In this document: one piece after another, positions 1 through 6,746 of the stretch
Layout of the letters: every line of letters starts with the position of its first letter
Numbering within the stretch: the first letter of the stretch is position 1
DNA from: a bacterium
Lineage (GTDB): Bacteria; UBP18; UBA7526
Reading direction: 5' to 3'
Assembly (NCBI GenBank): GCA_030619985.1
Contig: JAUXAI010000041.1
Span: 1-11,178, forward strand
DNA: 11,178 bases
The notes under the pieces: model-generated
Databases searched by the model: none
What the model saw: the letters and a program-made list of their open reading frames with translations, nothing else
What the model was told of the DNA's origin: nothing
Position numbers and translations under genes: made by a program

Positions 1-1435
1 GGTCTATATCTAAAATTTTGGAGTTTCTTATCAGGCGATCAAATCTATCTTCAACGATCTTGTCTCGCTCAATTATAATCTCCCTTAATTCATCTCGTAA
101 GGTGGTACCTTTTAATTCTTTGGCAGTGATGCGCTCCACAACATGCATGAGGGCCGACCGGCGGCTTACCTTAGCCCGGGCGTAAATCAAATACCAGGCT
201 AGGGCACAAGCGATAAAAATTCCAGTTATTTCGAGGGGAAGCCTTCCCATTTTAAAAATGAGAAATCCATAACTACCAATAGCTAAGATCTGAATCCAGG
301 GATAGAGGGGAGAGCGGAATTTTGGGCGATAGGTCTGTATCTTACTTTCCCGCATAACGATCACAGACAGGTTTACAAAGGCGAACAATAGAATCATTAA
401 AGTAGAGGCGGTCTTGACCAAATTCTCCAGACTTAAGAATAAGATAACGATAATCATAAAGAGAGTGGTGAAGATTATGGAGGAATAAGGAGTGTTAAAT
501 TTGGAGCCGACTTTCTTGAAGAACCCGGGCAGAAGTTGATCCCGGCTCATAGCCAGGGAATCTCGAGAGGCGGTTAAGATTCCAGCATTGGCCGTGGAGA
601 CGAAGGCCAACAAGGCAGCAATGGCCAATACCACGCCTCCTGCAGTTCCCATGAAAGTACTGGCACCAAGTGAGAGAGGAGTACGAGAACTGGAAAAATT
701 TTGGGGATCGAGCAGGCCTACGGTTATGAAGGTGACTAAAGCGTAGAGAACCATTACCATGCTAAAAGCAAGGAACATCCCCAGGGGTATATTTCGTCCC
801 GGATTCTTTACCTCTTCCGCAACACAGCATATCTTCGTTAGGCCTCCGAAGGAAACAAAGACAAGACCGGCAGTGGCAAAGACAGAACCCATCCCATATG
901 GCATAAAAGGAATGTATCTGGAGTGTTGAATAGAGAAAGAACCACGAAGAACATATAAGACAAGTATGCCAATGAGAGAGAGAACTAGTGCTATCTGGAA
1001 CCTCCCGGTATGTTTAACCCCCATGATATTGACGAACATAAAGAAGAGACAGCAGGCAATCGCGACGAATCTGTAATCGATGCCGGGGAAAAGAAACTTG
1101 GCCAATATCCCCATCCCCACCAGGGCGAAGGCGCTTTTAAAGCTCAAGGAGAACCAACTGGTGAGCCCACCTATGGTACCTGCAGCAGCCCCCATACTTC
1201 TTTCAATAAAAAAATAGGTTCCTCCTGCTTTGGGCATAGCAGTGGCCAGCTCCGCCTTGGCAAGCATGGCTGGTAAGATAAGAAGGCCAGCCAAAATATA
1301 AGAGAAGACCATAGATGGTCCGGTCTTAGCATATGCCAAAGCGGGCAGAATGAATAATCCAGAACTGATCATTGCGCCCGAGGCAATGCAGAAGACATCG
1401 AGAAGACCCAGTCCTTTCTTTAATTTCTCTTCCAT
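1..1435 (-). CDS. Amino-acid permease (APC superfamily), C-terminally truncated by window edge; ATG at 1435, frame open to base 1
   Basis: Reverse-strand translation checked by hand. N-terminus MEEKLKKGLGLLDVFCIAS... and internal ...GPSMVFSYILAGLLILP... are multi-TM and typical of APC amino-acid/polyamine permeases. The last codons in the window read ...DRLIRNSKILDID with no stop, so the gene continues past position 1. No minus-strand ORF is listed in the track for this span, consistent with a run-off ORF. Plus-strand ORFs 1010..1276 are antisense artefacts. Confidence 0.75.
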   Translation of the reverse strand, partial: MEEKLKKGLGLLDVFCIASGAMISSGLFILPALAYAKTGPSMVFSYILAGLLILPAMLAKAELATAMPKAGGTYFFIERSMGAAAGTIGGLTSWFSLSFKSAFALVGMGILAKFLFPGIDYRFVAIACCLFFMFVNIMGVKHTGRFQIALVLSLIGILVLYVLRGSFSIQHSRYIPFMPYGMGSVFATAGLVFVSFGGLTKICCVAEEVKNPGRNIPLGMFLAFSMVMVLYALVTFITVGLLDPQNFSSSRTPLSLGASTFMGTAGGVVLAIAALLAFVSTANAGILTASRDSLAMSRDQLLPGFFKKVGSKFNTPYSSIIFTTLFMIIVILFLSLENLVKTASTLMILLFAFVNLSVIVMRESKIQTYRPKFRSPLYPWIQILAIGSYGFLIFKMGRLPLEITGIFIACALAWYLIYARAKVSRRSALMHVVERITAKELKGTTLRDELREIIIERDKIVEDRFDRLIRNSKILDID

Positions 1436-1460
1436 TACTTCTTCTCTCGCTTTGTTTGAA

Positions 1461-1577
1461 AGTTGGTTAGTTGTTAGTTGGTTAGTAGTTAGTTAAAAAG
1501 AAAGAATTAAACAGACAATTAGCAGACCAGCAAATTAACCAACTAAAGGCAATAAAGTTGCCGTCCTAACTACTAAC
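1461..1577. repeat. Simple-sequence cluster (GTTAGTT/GTTGGTTAG units, 1461-1494) plus perfect 12-nt inverted repeat GTTAGTAGTTAG (1481-1492) / CTAACTACTAAC (1566-1577), flanking a small hairpin GGCAA-TAAAG-TTGCC at 1543-1557
   Basis: Read directly. Lies in the spacer between the lptE-like stop (1591) and the permease start (1435). Read on the minus strand the small hairpin is followed by TTTAGTTGGTTAATTT, so it may be a weak terminator for the leuS-lptE transcript. Confidence 0.4.
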
Positions 1578-1590
1578 GACTCTTACTCTG

Positions 1591-2148
1591 CTACTCTTCC
1601 TCTTCTGGCAGGATCCCCCTTTTCCATTTTGCCGTGGGAAATCCCCTCATTACCCGATTGACGATATCCTTTGCCAAGTTGTCGATAGCTCTGGCCTTGC
1701 CCTTTGCCTCTGTCTCCTTCGGTTGGAGGGCTTCCTCCGTATACCAGATGGTGGTATCTCCCCTCATCCCTTCCTCTTTGAAGAGGACCTCACCGGTAGT
1801 CAGATCCTTTAAAGTAATATTGGCTTCAATATATACCCGATATTCCTCAGCTACATCGTAATCATCATAGGATAAAACATCCTTACCATAGCCACTTACG
1901 CCCCCCTGGAGTACGGCATCAGCATGCTTTAGGCTTACAATCTTCAGTCTCCCATCAGTGAGAAAGCTCTCAATAACGGCATCGGTCAGGCTATTCTCCG
2001 CCCCATACTCATAGGTATCGTTCCCGAATATGGGAATGGCAATCTTCTTAATATGGAGAGGTAGCTTATACTCTGCTTTATAGGCACAACTGGTTATCGT
2101 AATTCCCACTACGAGCACTGCCAATAGAATAATTCGTCTTATTTTCAT
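1591..2148 (-). CDS. lptE: LPS-assembly lipoprotein LptE-like (RlpB family) lipoprotein
   Basis: 185 aa. N-terminal signal peptide with lipobox (…VVGITITS-C-AY). Located immediately downstream of leuS on the same strand, the conserved leuS-lptE(-holA) order of many Gram-negatives. Size and secretion signals fit LptE. SD AGAGGAG lies 4 nt upstream of ATG 2148. No motif-level confirmation is possible by eye. Confidence 0.55.
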   Translation of the reverse strand: MKIRRIILLAVLVVGITITSCAYKAEYKLPLHIKKIAIPIFGNDTYEYGAENSLTDAVIESFLTDGRLKIVSLKHADAVLQGGVSGYGKDVLSYDDYDVAEEYRVYIEANITLKDLTTGEVLFKEEGMRGDTTIWYTEEALQPKETEAKGKARAIDNLAKDIVNRVMRGFPTAKWKRGILPEEEE

Positions 2149-2164
2149 TTTACTCCTCTTTAGA

Positions 2165-2209
2165 CACAGATGATCACAGATTTTTTACAGATATTCACAG
2201 ATTACAGAT
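2165..2209 (-). promoter_or_regulatory. Array of five [C/T]ACAGAT direct repeats (starts 2165, 2175, 2186, 2196, 2203; 10-11 bp phasing) immediately upstream of lptE; read in gene orientation = ATCTGTG/ATCTGTA
   Basis: Read directly. The copy nearest the gene runs into ATCTGTGTCTAAAGAGGAGtaaaATG, the same RBS-adjacent element seen at two other genes (see findings). Confidence 0.5.
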
Positions 2210-2453
2210 CGAATTCGGAAAACTAAAAGCTTGTGAAATAACCAAACACCAAGAGACAAGATACAAACAAACATCAATCACTAAATAACCAATGACCAAA
2301 ACAACTTGTCTTTATCAAATCTGGCGAAGCCAGAAAAGTTTGGTTATTTGAATTTGGATATTGTATATTGTCTGATTATTGTTTCTTGTATCTTGTGTCT
2401 TATTCTCTTACTTTCTCATTCTCTTACTTTTCTTCTTTCCTACTCTCCTACTT

Positions 2454-5066
2454 TTATTTGGTGACAATATTTACCAATTTCTTAGGGACAACGACCACTC
2501 TTTTGATTCCCTTTCCCGAAATAAACTTCCTTACCTTTTCATCAGATAGGGCCTTCTCTTTTATCTCCTCACCACTTGAATCTATAGGAACCTTTATTCT
2601 GCTTCGGAGTTTTCCATCTACTTGAATGACGATTAGAATCTCCTTTTCTATAATTGCTTTTGGATTATAGGTTGGCCAATCCTTTTGGCCGATACTCGGT
2701 TTATTGCCTAAGATCTCCCAGAGTTCTTCACAGATATGGGGAGCGAAGGGAGAGAGTAATAGCACCACGGTTTCGATGGCTTCTTCTATTGTCTGCCTGT
2801 CTGCCCGTCTACCTGTCTGCCTGTCTTTATCTTTTGACTGGCTGACTGGCTGACTGGCTGACTGGCTGACTACTGAGTGAATGGCATTGACCAGTTCCAT
2901 AATGGCAGAGATGGCGGTATTGAAATGGAACCTCTTCTCAATATCCTCAGTCACCTTCTTAATTGTTTTATGGGTAATCCTTTTTAACTCAGTTTCGGGT
3001 TTCGGGTTTCGGGTTTCGGGTTTACCTTGTAAATTAGAAATTGCCCGCCCCGCTTTGCTTGGCGAGGCCGGGGGAAATTGGAAATTAAAATCATTAATTA
3101 ATCTCCATACCCTATTCAAGAACCTAAACGACCCTTCTACCCCTTCCGCGCTCCATTCTAAGTCTTTCTCTGGAGGAGAGGCAAAGAGGATGAAGAGCCG
3201 GGCGGTATCTGCACCATATTTATTCGTTATTTCATCGACAGAAACCACATTTCCTTTTGATTTGGACATCTTGGCCCCATCCTTTACCACCATTCCCTGA
3301 CAGAATAGTTTCTTAAAGGGCTCATCAATCTTATATAATCCTATGTCTCTCAAGGCCTTGGTGAAGAATCGAGCATACAAAAGATGCATGATGGCATGCT
3401 CTATTCCCCCAATATATTGATCAACGGGCATCCAGTAATCTATTCTCTTTTCATCAAAAGGTTTTTTGGTATAATCCGGGCTACAGTATCTGGAGAAGTA
3501 CCAAGAGGAGTCGACGAAGGTATCCATGGTATCCGTCTCTCTTCTTGCTTTCCCCTTACACTTAGGACATCTGCAATTTACAAATTCTCGACATTCTTCT
3601 AAGGGGTTACCCTTTCCGGTAAATTTAATGTCCTTCGGTAACTCTACTGGCAGGTTCTTTTCTGGAACAGGAACTACTCCGCACTTCTCACAGTAGATGA
3701 TGGGAATGGGGGTCCCCCAGTATCTCTGTCGAGATATGAGCCAGTCGCGCAACTTATACTGAACCGTCTTCTTTCCCCATCCCTTCTCTTCTAGGTAGGT
3801 GGTAATCTTCCCTTTGGCCTCTTCTGAGTTTAGGCCAGTGAATTGAGCAGAATTCATCATTATTCCTGGATTAACATAGGCCTCCTTTAAATCGGTGCTC
3901 AGTGGTCGCCCCGACGAGCGCGGAGAAGAAGGGTCGGGGTCTCCGCTTCGCTCCGAGAGTTCGGAGTTCGGGGGCATGATAACTTGTTTGATGGGGATAT
4001 TGTATTTTTTGGCGAACTCGAAGTCCCTCTGGTCATGGGCGGGAACGGCCATGATAATCCCTGTACCATATTCTAAGAGAACGAAGTTAGCCACATAGAT
4101 GGGGACCTCCTCATTGGTTAAGGGATTGATGGCGTACCTACCGATGAAGACCCCTTCCTTCTCCTTATCCTCTGCCGTTCTGGTAAATCGATCCTCCAGG
4201 ATTACTCTATTTATAAATTCCTTGACTTCTTTCTCATACTTTGTGCCCTCAACTAATTCTAAAGCCAAAGGATGTTCACAGGCCATGGTCATGAAGGTTA
4301 CGCCGTATAAAGTATCCGGCCGGGTAGTGAAGATAGGGAGGGTCTTGTCGCTATCTTTGAGTTTGAAGTTGACCAAAGTTCCAGTTGACTTTCCGATCCA
4401 GTTCTCTTGCATTAGTTTCACCCTCTCCGGCCATCCTTCTAACTTTTTTAAATCTCTTAATAATTCCTTAGCATATTCTGTAATCTTGAGGAACCACTGT
4501 TCCAGATCCTTTATCTCAACCCTTGATTCACATCTCCAGCACTTTCCATCTTCAACCTGCTCATTGGCCAGAACGGTCTGACATTTAGGACACCAGTTGA
4601 TGGGCGCCTTCTTCTTATAGGCCAACCCCCTCTCATAGAACTTCAAGAAGATCCACTGGTTCCATCTATAATAGTCTGGCTGAGAGGTAATGACCAGTCT
4701 ATTCCAGTCATAGGATAATCCCATCTTCTCCTGCTGCTTCCTCATATCAGAGATGCATTTTCTCGTCCATTCTGCAGGATGGGTCTTATTCTGCATGGCA
4801 GCATTCTCTGCGGGAAGGCCGAAGGAATCATAGCCCATGGGATATAATACATTATATCCCCTCATCCTCAAGAAGCGAGTTAGGGTATCGCCAACCACAT
4901 AGTTTCTCATATGGCCCATATGGAGCTTTCCAGATGGGTAAGGAAACATCTCTAAAAGATAGTACTTTTTCTTCTCAGGGTCTTCCTTGACTTTGAACTG
5001 GCTCTTCTTTCCCCAGTAATCCTGCCATTTTTTTTCAATCTTTCGGAAAGGATAGTATCTTCCCAT
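2454..5066 (-). CDS. leuS: Leucyl-tRNA synthetase (class I aaRS), with low-complexity insertions
   Basis: HIGH-type motif (…PYPSGKLHMGHMRNY…) and KMSKS motif (…DGAKMSKSKGNVV…). N-terminus …YYPFRKIEKKWQDYW… and the editing/CP1 and C-terminal regions match bacterial LeuRS. The ORF-track start at 5117 (MQKGL…) would sit inside the predicted -35 box. ATG at 5066 (MGRYYPF…) is preceded by GGAGG with a 5-nt spacer. ATG 5078 is a less likely alternative. Confidence 0.95.
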   Translation of the reverse strand: MGRYYPFRKIEKKWQDYWGKKSQFKVKEDPEKKKYYLLEMFPYPSGKLHMGHMRNYVVGDTLTRFLRMRGYNVLYPMGYDSFGLPAENAAMQNKTHPAEWTRKCISDMRKQQEKMGLSYDWNRLVITSQPDYYRWNQWIFLKFYERGLAYKKKAPINWCPKCQTVLANEQVEDGKCWRCESRVEIKDLEQWFLKITEYAKELLRDLKKLEGWPERVKLMQENWIGKSTGTLVNFKLKDSDKTLPIFTTRPDTLYGVTFMTMACEHPLALELVEGTKYEKEVKEFINRVILEDRFTRTAEDKEKEGVFIGRYAINPLTNEEVPIYVANFVLLEYGTGIIMAVPAHDQRDFEFAKKYNIPIKQVIMPPNSELSERSGDPDPSSPRSSGRPLSTDLKEAYVNPGIMMNSAQFTGLNSEEAKGKITTYLEEKGWGKKTVQYKLRDWLISRQRYWGTPIPIIYCEKCGVVPVPEKNLPVELPKDIKFTGKGNPLEECREFVNCRCPKCKGKARRETDTMDTFVDSSWYFSRYCSPDYTKKPFDEKRIDYWMPVDQYIGGIEHAIMHLLYARFFTKALRDIGLYKIDEPFKKLFCQGMVVKDGAKMSKSKGNVVSVDEITNKYGADTARLFILFASPPEKDLEWSAEGVEGSFRFLNRVWRLINDFNFQFPPASPSKAGRAISNLQGKPETRNPKPETELKRITHKTIKKVTEDIEKRFHFNTAISAIMELVNAIHSVVSQSASQPVSQSKDKDRQTGRRADRQTIEEAIETVVLLLSPFAPHICEELWEILGNKPSIGQKDWPTYNPKAIIEKEILIVIQVDGKLRSRIKVPIDSSGEEIKEKALSDEKVRKFISGKGIKRVVVVPKKLVNIVTK
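2790..2872. repeat. Two adjacent octamer microsatellites inside the leuS ORF: (TGTCTGCC)x5 (two imperfect) at 2790-2827 and (GACTGGCT)x4.5 at 2836-2872
   Basis: Read directly. Translated in frame as …SQSASQPVSQSKDKDRQTGRRADRQT…, an insertion relative to the usual LeuRS segment just before the conserved …LLSPF.PHI… C-terminal region. Confidence 0.85.
2992..3023. repeat. Heptamer microsatellite (GTTTCGG)x4 + partial inside the leuS ORF
   Basis: Read directly. Encodes …GKPETRNPKPETEL…, part of a ~20-aa low-complexity insertion (QFPPASPSKAGRAISNLQGKPETRNPKPETE) in the anticodon-binding region ahead of …HKTIKKVTEDI…. Confidence 0.85.
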
Positions 5067-5088
5067 TCTCGCCTCCATTAATTTGATT

Positions 5089-5117
5089 AGTATAGCATAA
5101 ATAAGACCTTTTTGCAA
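5089..5117 (-). promoter_or_regulatory. Sigma70-type promoter for leuS: -35 TTGCAA (5112-5117), 17-nt spacer, -10 TATACT (complement of 5089-5094)
   Basis: Hexamers and spacing read directly. Predicted TSS ~7 nt downstream gives a ~15-nt leader carrying GGAGG before ATG 5066. The -35 is fused to the conserved element …GCAAGCCCCGTTA (5114-5126). Confidence 0.5.
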
Positions 5118-5231
5118 GCCCCGTTAGAAAATTCTTTAGCTAAGGTGATATTTGCTATTTAAATGCAATCATTCTCTTAAAACGCAGTATTTAGAGAATG
5201 TGTCTATTAAGATTTCTAAAGGGGCAAGTTT

Positions 5232-5265
5232 TAAAAAAAGAGCCACTAAACAAGTTAGCGGCTCT
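5232..5265 (-). terminator. Rho-independent terminator downstream of bioY (minus strand): stem AGAGCCGCTAAC / GTTTAGTGGCTCT (one mismatch), loop ~CTT, followed by TTTTTTT
   Basis: Read directly. Plus strand shows the A7 run at 5233-5239, then AGAGCCACTAAAcaaGTTAGCGGCTCT at 5239-5265. Lies 29 nt after the bioY stop (5294). Confidence 0.6.
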
Positions 5266-5293
5266 AAAGATTCTAAGCAGGGTGTGAAGCCGG

Positions 5294-5899
5294 CTACCGA
5301 GGAAAAATCTGACCTGCCCGATCTTGAAGTTTACAGTAGATGCTGGCAGCAGCGAATAACTTCAGGATGTCACCGGGGAGGAAAGGAAGTATTCCCAAAA
5401 GGAACGCTTTTCCAATTCCCAAGTGAAGAACCAGGGCAAGATGAATGGCCCCCAGGAGAAGAATAATTAAGGAACCCAGAACCATGGCCAGGACCGTCTG
5501 GCCAAAACCGGCTCTTTCTTTATTACTGAGCACCTTCCCAATTATATAGGCGGCAAGGATGAATCCTAAAAGATATCCGCCTGTAGGGCCAAAAAGAGGG
5601 ATTAAGCCACCTGTGGCGCCAGCAAAGATGGGAAAACCCAAACTTCCCAGGAATACGTACCCCAATTGGCTCAAAGCTCCCAACCTCTTGCCCAATAGGG
5701 CTCCAGCCAACAAGACGAAGAAGGTCTGGAGGGTAATGGGAACCGGGGTAAAGGGAATGGGAATCCTGACAAAGGCTCCCAGAGCAGTGAAGGCGATGAA
5801 GATGCCTATCCCAATCAGGGCACAGCCGATTCTATTAGTGACTACTTCCCGATTTCCGATTTTCCATAACTGATCCCATGTTTTTTCAATAACGACCAT
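5294..5899 (-). CDS. bioY: Biotin transporter BioY (ECF-type S component), solitary
   Basis: Membrane protein with …VRIPIPFTPVPITLQTFFVLLAGALLG… and …GPTGGYLLGFILAAYIIG…, characteristic of BioY. The track start 5908 is GTG. ATG 5899 (MVVIEK…) is preceded by AGGAGGTG with an 8-nt spacer. No ECF A/T components are in the window. Confidence 0.85.
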   Translation of the reverse strand: MVVIEKTWDQLWKIGNREVVTNRIGCALIGIGIFIAFTALGAFVRIPIPFTPVPITLQTFFVLLAGALLGKRLGALSQLGYVFLGSLGFPIFAGATGGLIPLFGPTGGYLLGFILAAYIIGKVLSNKERAGFGQTVLAMVLGSLIILLLGAIHLALVLHLGIGKAFLLGILPFLPGDILKLFAAASIYCKLQDRAGQIFPR

Positions 5900-5918
5900 C
5901 TCTTTCACCTCCTATTAC

Positions 5919-5947
5919 ATCCTACCATAAATTATTTTTGATTTCAA
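5919..5947 (-). promoter_or_regulatory. Putative promoter for bioY: -35 TTGAAA (complement of 5942-5947), 17-nt spacer, -10 TAGGAT (complement of 5919-5924)
   Basis: Read directly. Overlaps the 3' end and stop of the upstream beta-barrel gene, so read-through from that operon is also possible. Confidence 0.4.
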
Positions 5948-5948
5948 G

Positions 5949-6746
5949 TTAATTTTTAATACTGAAATAATAAGCGCAGGCGAGATAGGCTAAATAGTCT
6001 GGGGTGGCCTGGTTCAATCTCGTGCCCAGAGAGGCCTTCATGCCGAAGGAAGGAGTGAAGCCATATTTGAATCCTCCATAGAGATCCAAAGTATTCTCCT
6101 TCACTGTAAGATGGGGTTCCTTATAGTTTGTCTTCCCCACTAACTCCAGGACCAATGAGACCGACTTTACAGGGTAGACATAGGCCGCCCCATAACTCAC
6201 CTGGTTAGAATATATCTTATCATCTGGTTCACCAACATACTTATAGCCTAGATTGAGATTGAGTTGCCCTCCAATTAGGTCTTTACTCACAATGAGATAG
6301 AGCGCATGATCAACCTCTCCTGTAGTCAGACCCTTGCTATCCGTATTAGTAGGGATTTTCAGAGAATACTTTGCTGCTAAGGATGGTAGATTATCCCTTT
6401 CCTCTGAGAATTGATACTTAAGCCCGCAGACAACATCCCCAAAGTCATGGTCGCTACCACTGTTATCCCTTCCCCATATGGCATCATGCACCTCAGGGGC
6501 AATGACCGCCTCTAAATGATCCGTTATCCCATAGGCTAAAGCAAGCCAGATGGAGGTGGTATAATAGCCAGGTGAGCCACTATAGACCACCTTGGGAATG
6601 GTGAGCTCGAATGTCCCCTTGGGTTCTGTTCCTGCATCATCCAAGACCACTCCCGCACCATACTTTGTGTGGCGTGCTTCTACTTTGGTAGAGAATCCCA
6701 AGATTAATGAACCCATTAAACCCAAAAATATCAAACAATTCCTCAT
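5949..6746 (-). CDS. Secreted protein with signal peptide; putative outer-membrane beta-barrel (Phenol_MetA_deg/transporter-like fold suspected)
   Basis: 265 aa. N-terminal signal peptide (MRNCLIFLGLMGSLILGFSTKVEA). Body rich in alternating aromatic/small residues and Gly/Tyr (…LNLNLGYKYVG…, …YGAAYVYPVKSVSLVLELVG…, …LDLYGGFKYGF…), typical of amphipathic beta-strands. SD AGGAGG lies 6 nt upstream of ATG 6746. That ATG overlaps the stop of the upstream gene (ATGA). Family assignment is a guess. Confidence 0.5.
   Translation of the reverse strand: MRNCLIFLGLMGSLILGFSTKVEARHTKYGAGVVLDDAGTEPKGTFELTIPKVVYSGSPGYYTTSIWLALAYGITDHLEAVIAPEVHDAIWGRDNSGSDHDFGDVVCGLKYQFSEERDNLPSLAAKYSLKIPTNTDSKGLTTGEVDHALYLIVSKDLIGGQLNLNLGYKYVGEPDDKIYSNQVSYGAAYVYPVKSVSLVLELVGKTNYKEPHLTVKENTLDLYGGFKYGFTPSFGMKASLGTRLNQATPDYLAYLACAYYFSIKN

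Noticed and set aside
1010-1276. Plus-strand ORFs 1010..1276, 1634..1861, 2368..2625, 2654..2845, 2881..3300, 3384..3602, 3895..4098, 4099..4581, 5152..5466, 5559..5873, 6592..6780, 6828..7076, 8853..9104, 10070..10255, 10453..10677
   Set aside because: All lie antisense to well-supported minus-strand genes (permease, lptE, leuS, bioY, beta-barrel, DUF1284, gspG, nfo) or in a CT-rich spacer. They have low-complexity or biased composition, no RBS, and no recognisable domains. Treated as shadow ORFs.
2790-3023. Possible CRISPR array or other spacer-containing repeat from the tandem 7/8-mers
   Set aside because: Units are 7-8 nt with no intervening unique spacers and lie inside an intact ORF. 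These are microsatellites, not CRISPR.
3895-3975. Intein or group I/II intron inside leuS
   Set aside because: The insert is only ~75 nt (25 aa) and in frame, with no intein blocks (no Cys/Ser…His-Asn junctions) and no intron-sized structure. Far too small.
5169-5199. Inverted repeat CATTCTCT-(15 nt)-AGAGAATG between the bioY terminator and the leuS promoter
   Set aside because: 8-bp AT-rich stem with a long loop and no U-run on either side. It could be a weak operator but has no supporting context, so it is not reported as a feature.
5371-5390. Sigma54-type (TGGCAC-N5-TTGC) promoters anywhere in the window
   Set aside because: No convincing GG-N10-GC element with the correct spacing was found upstream of any gene on visual scan.
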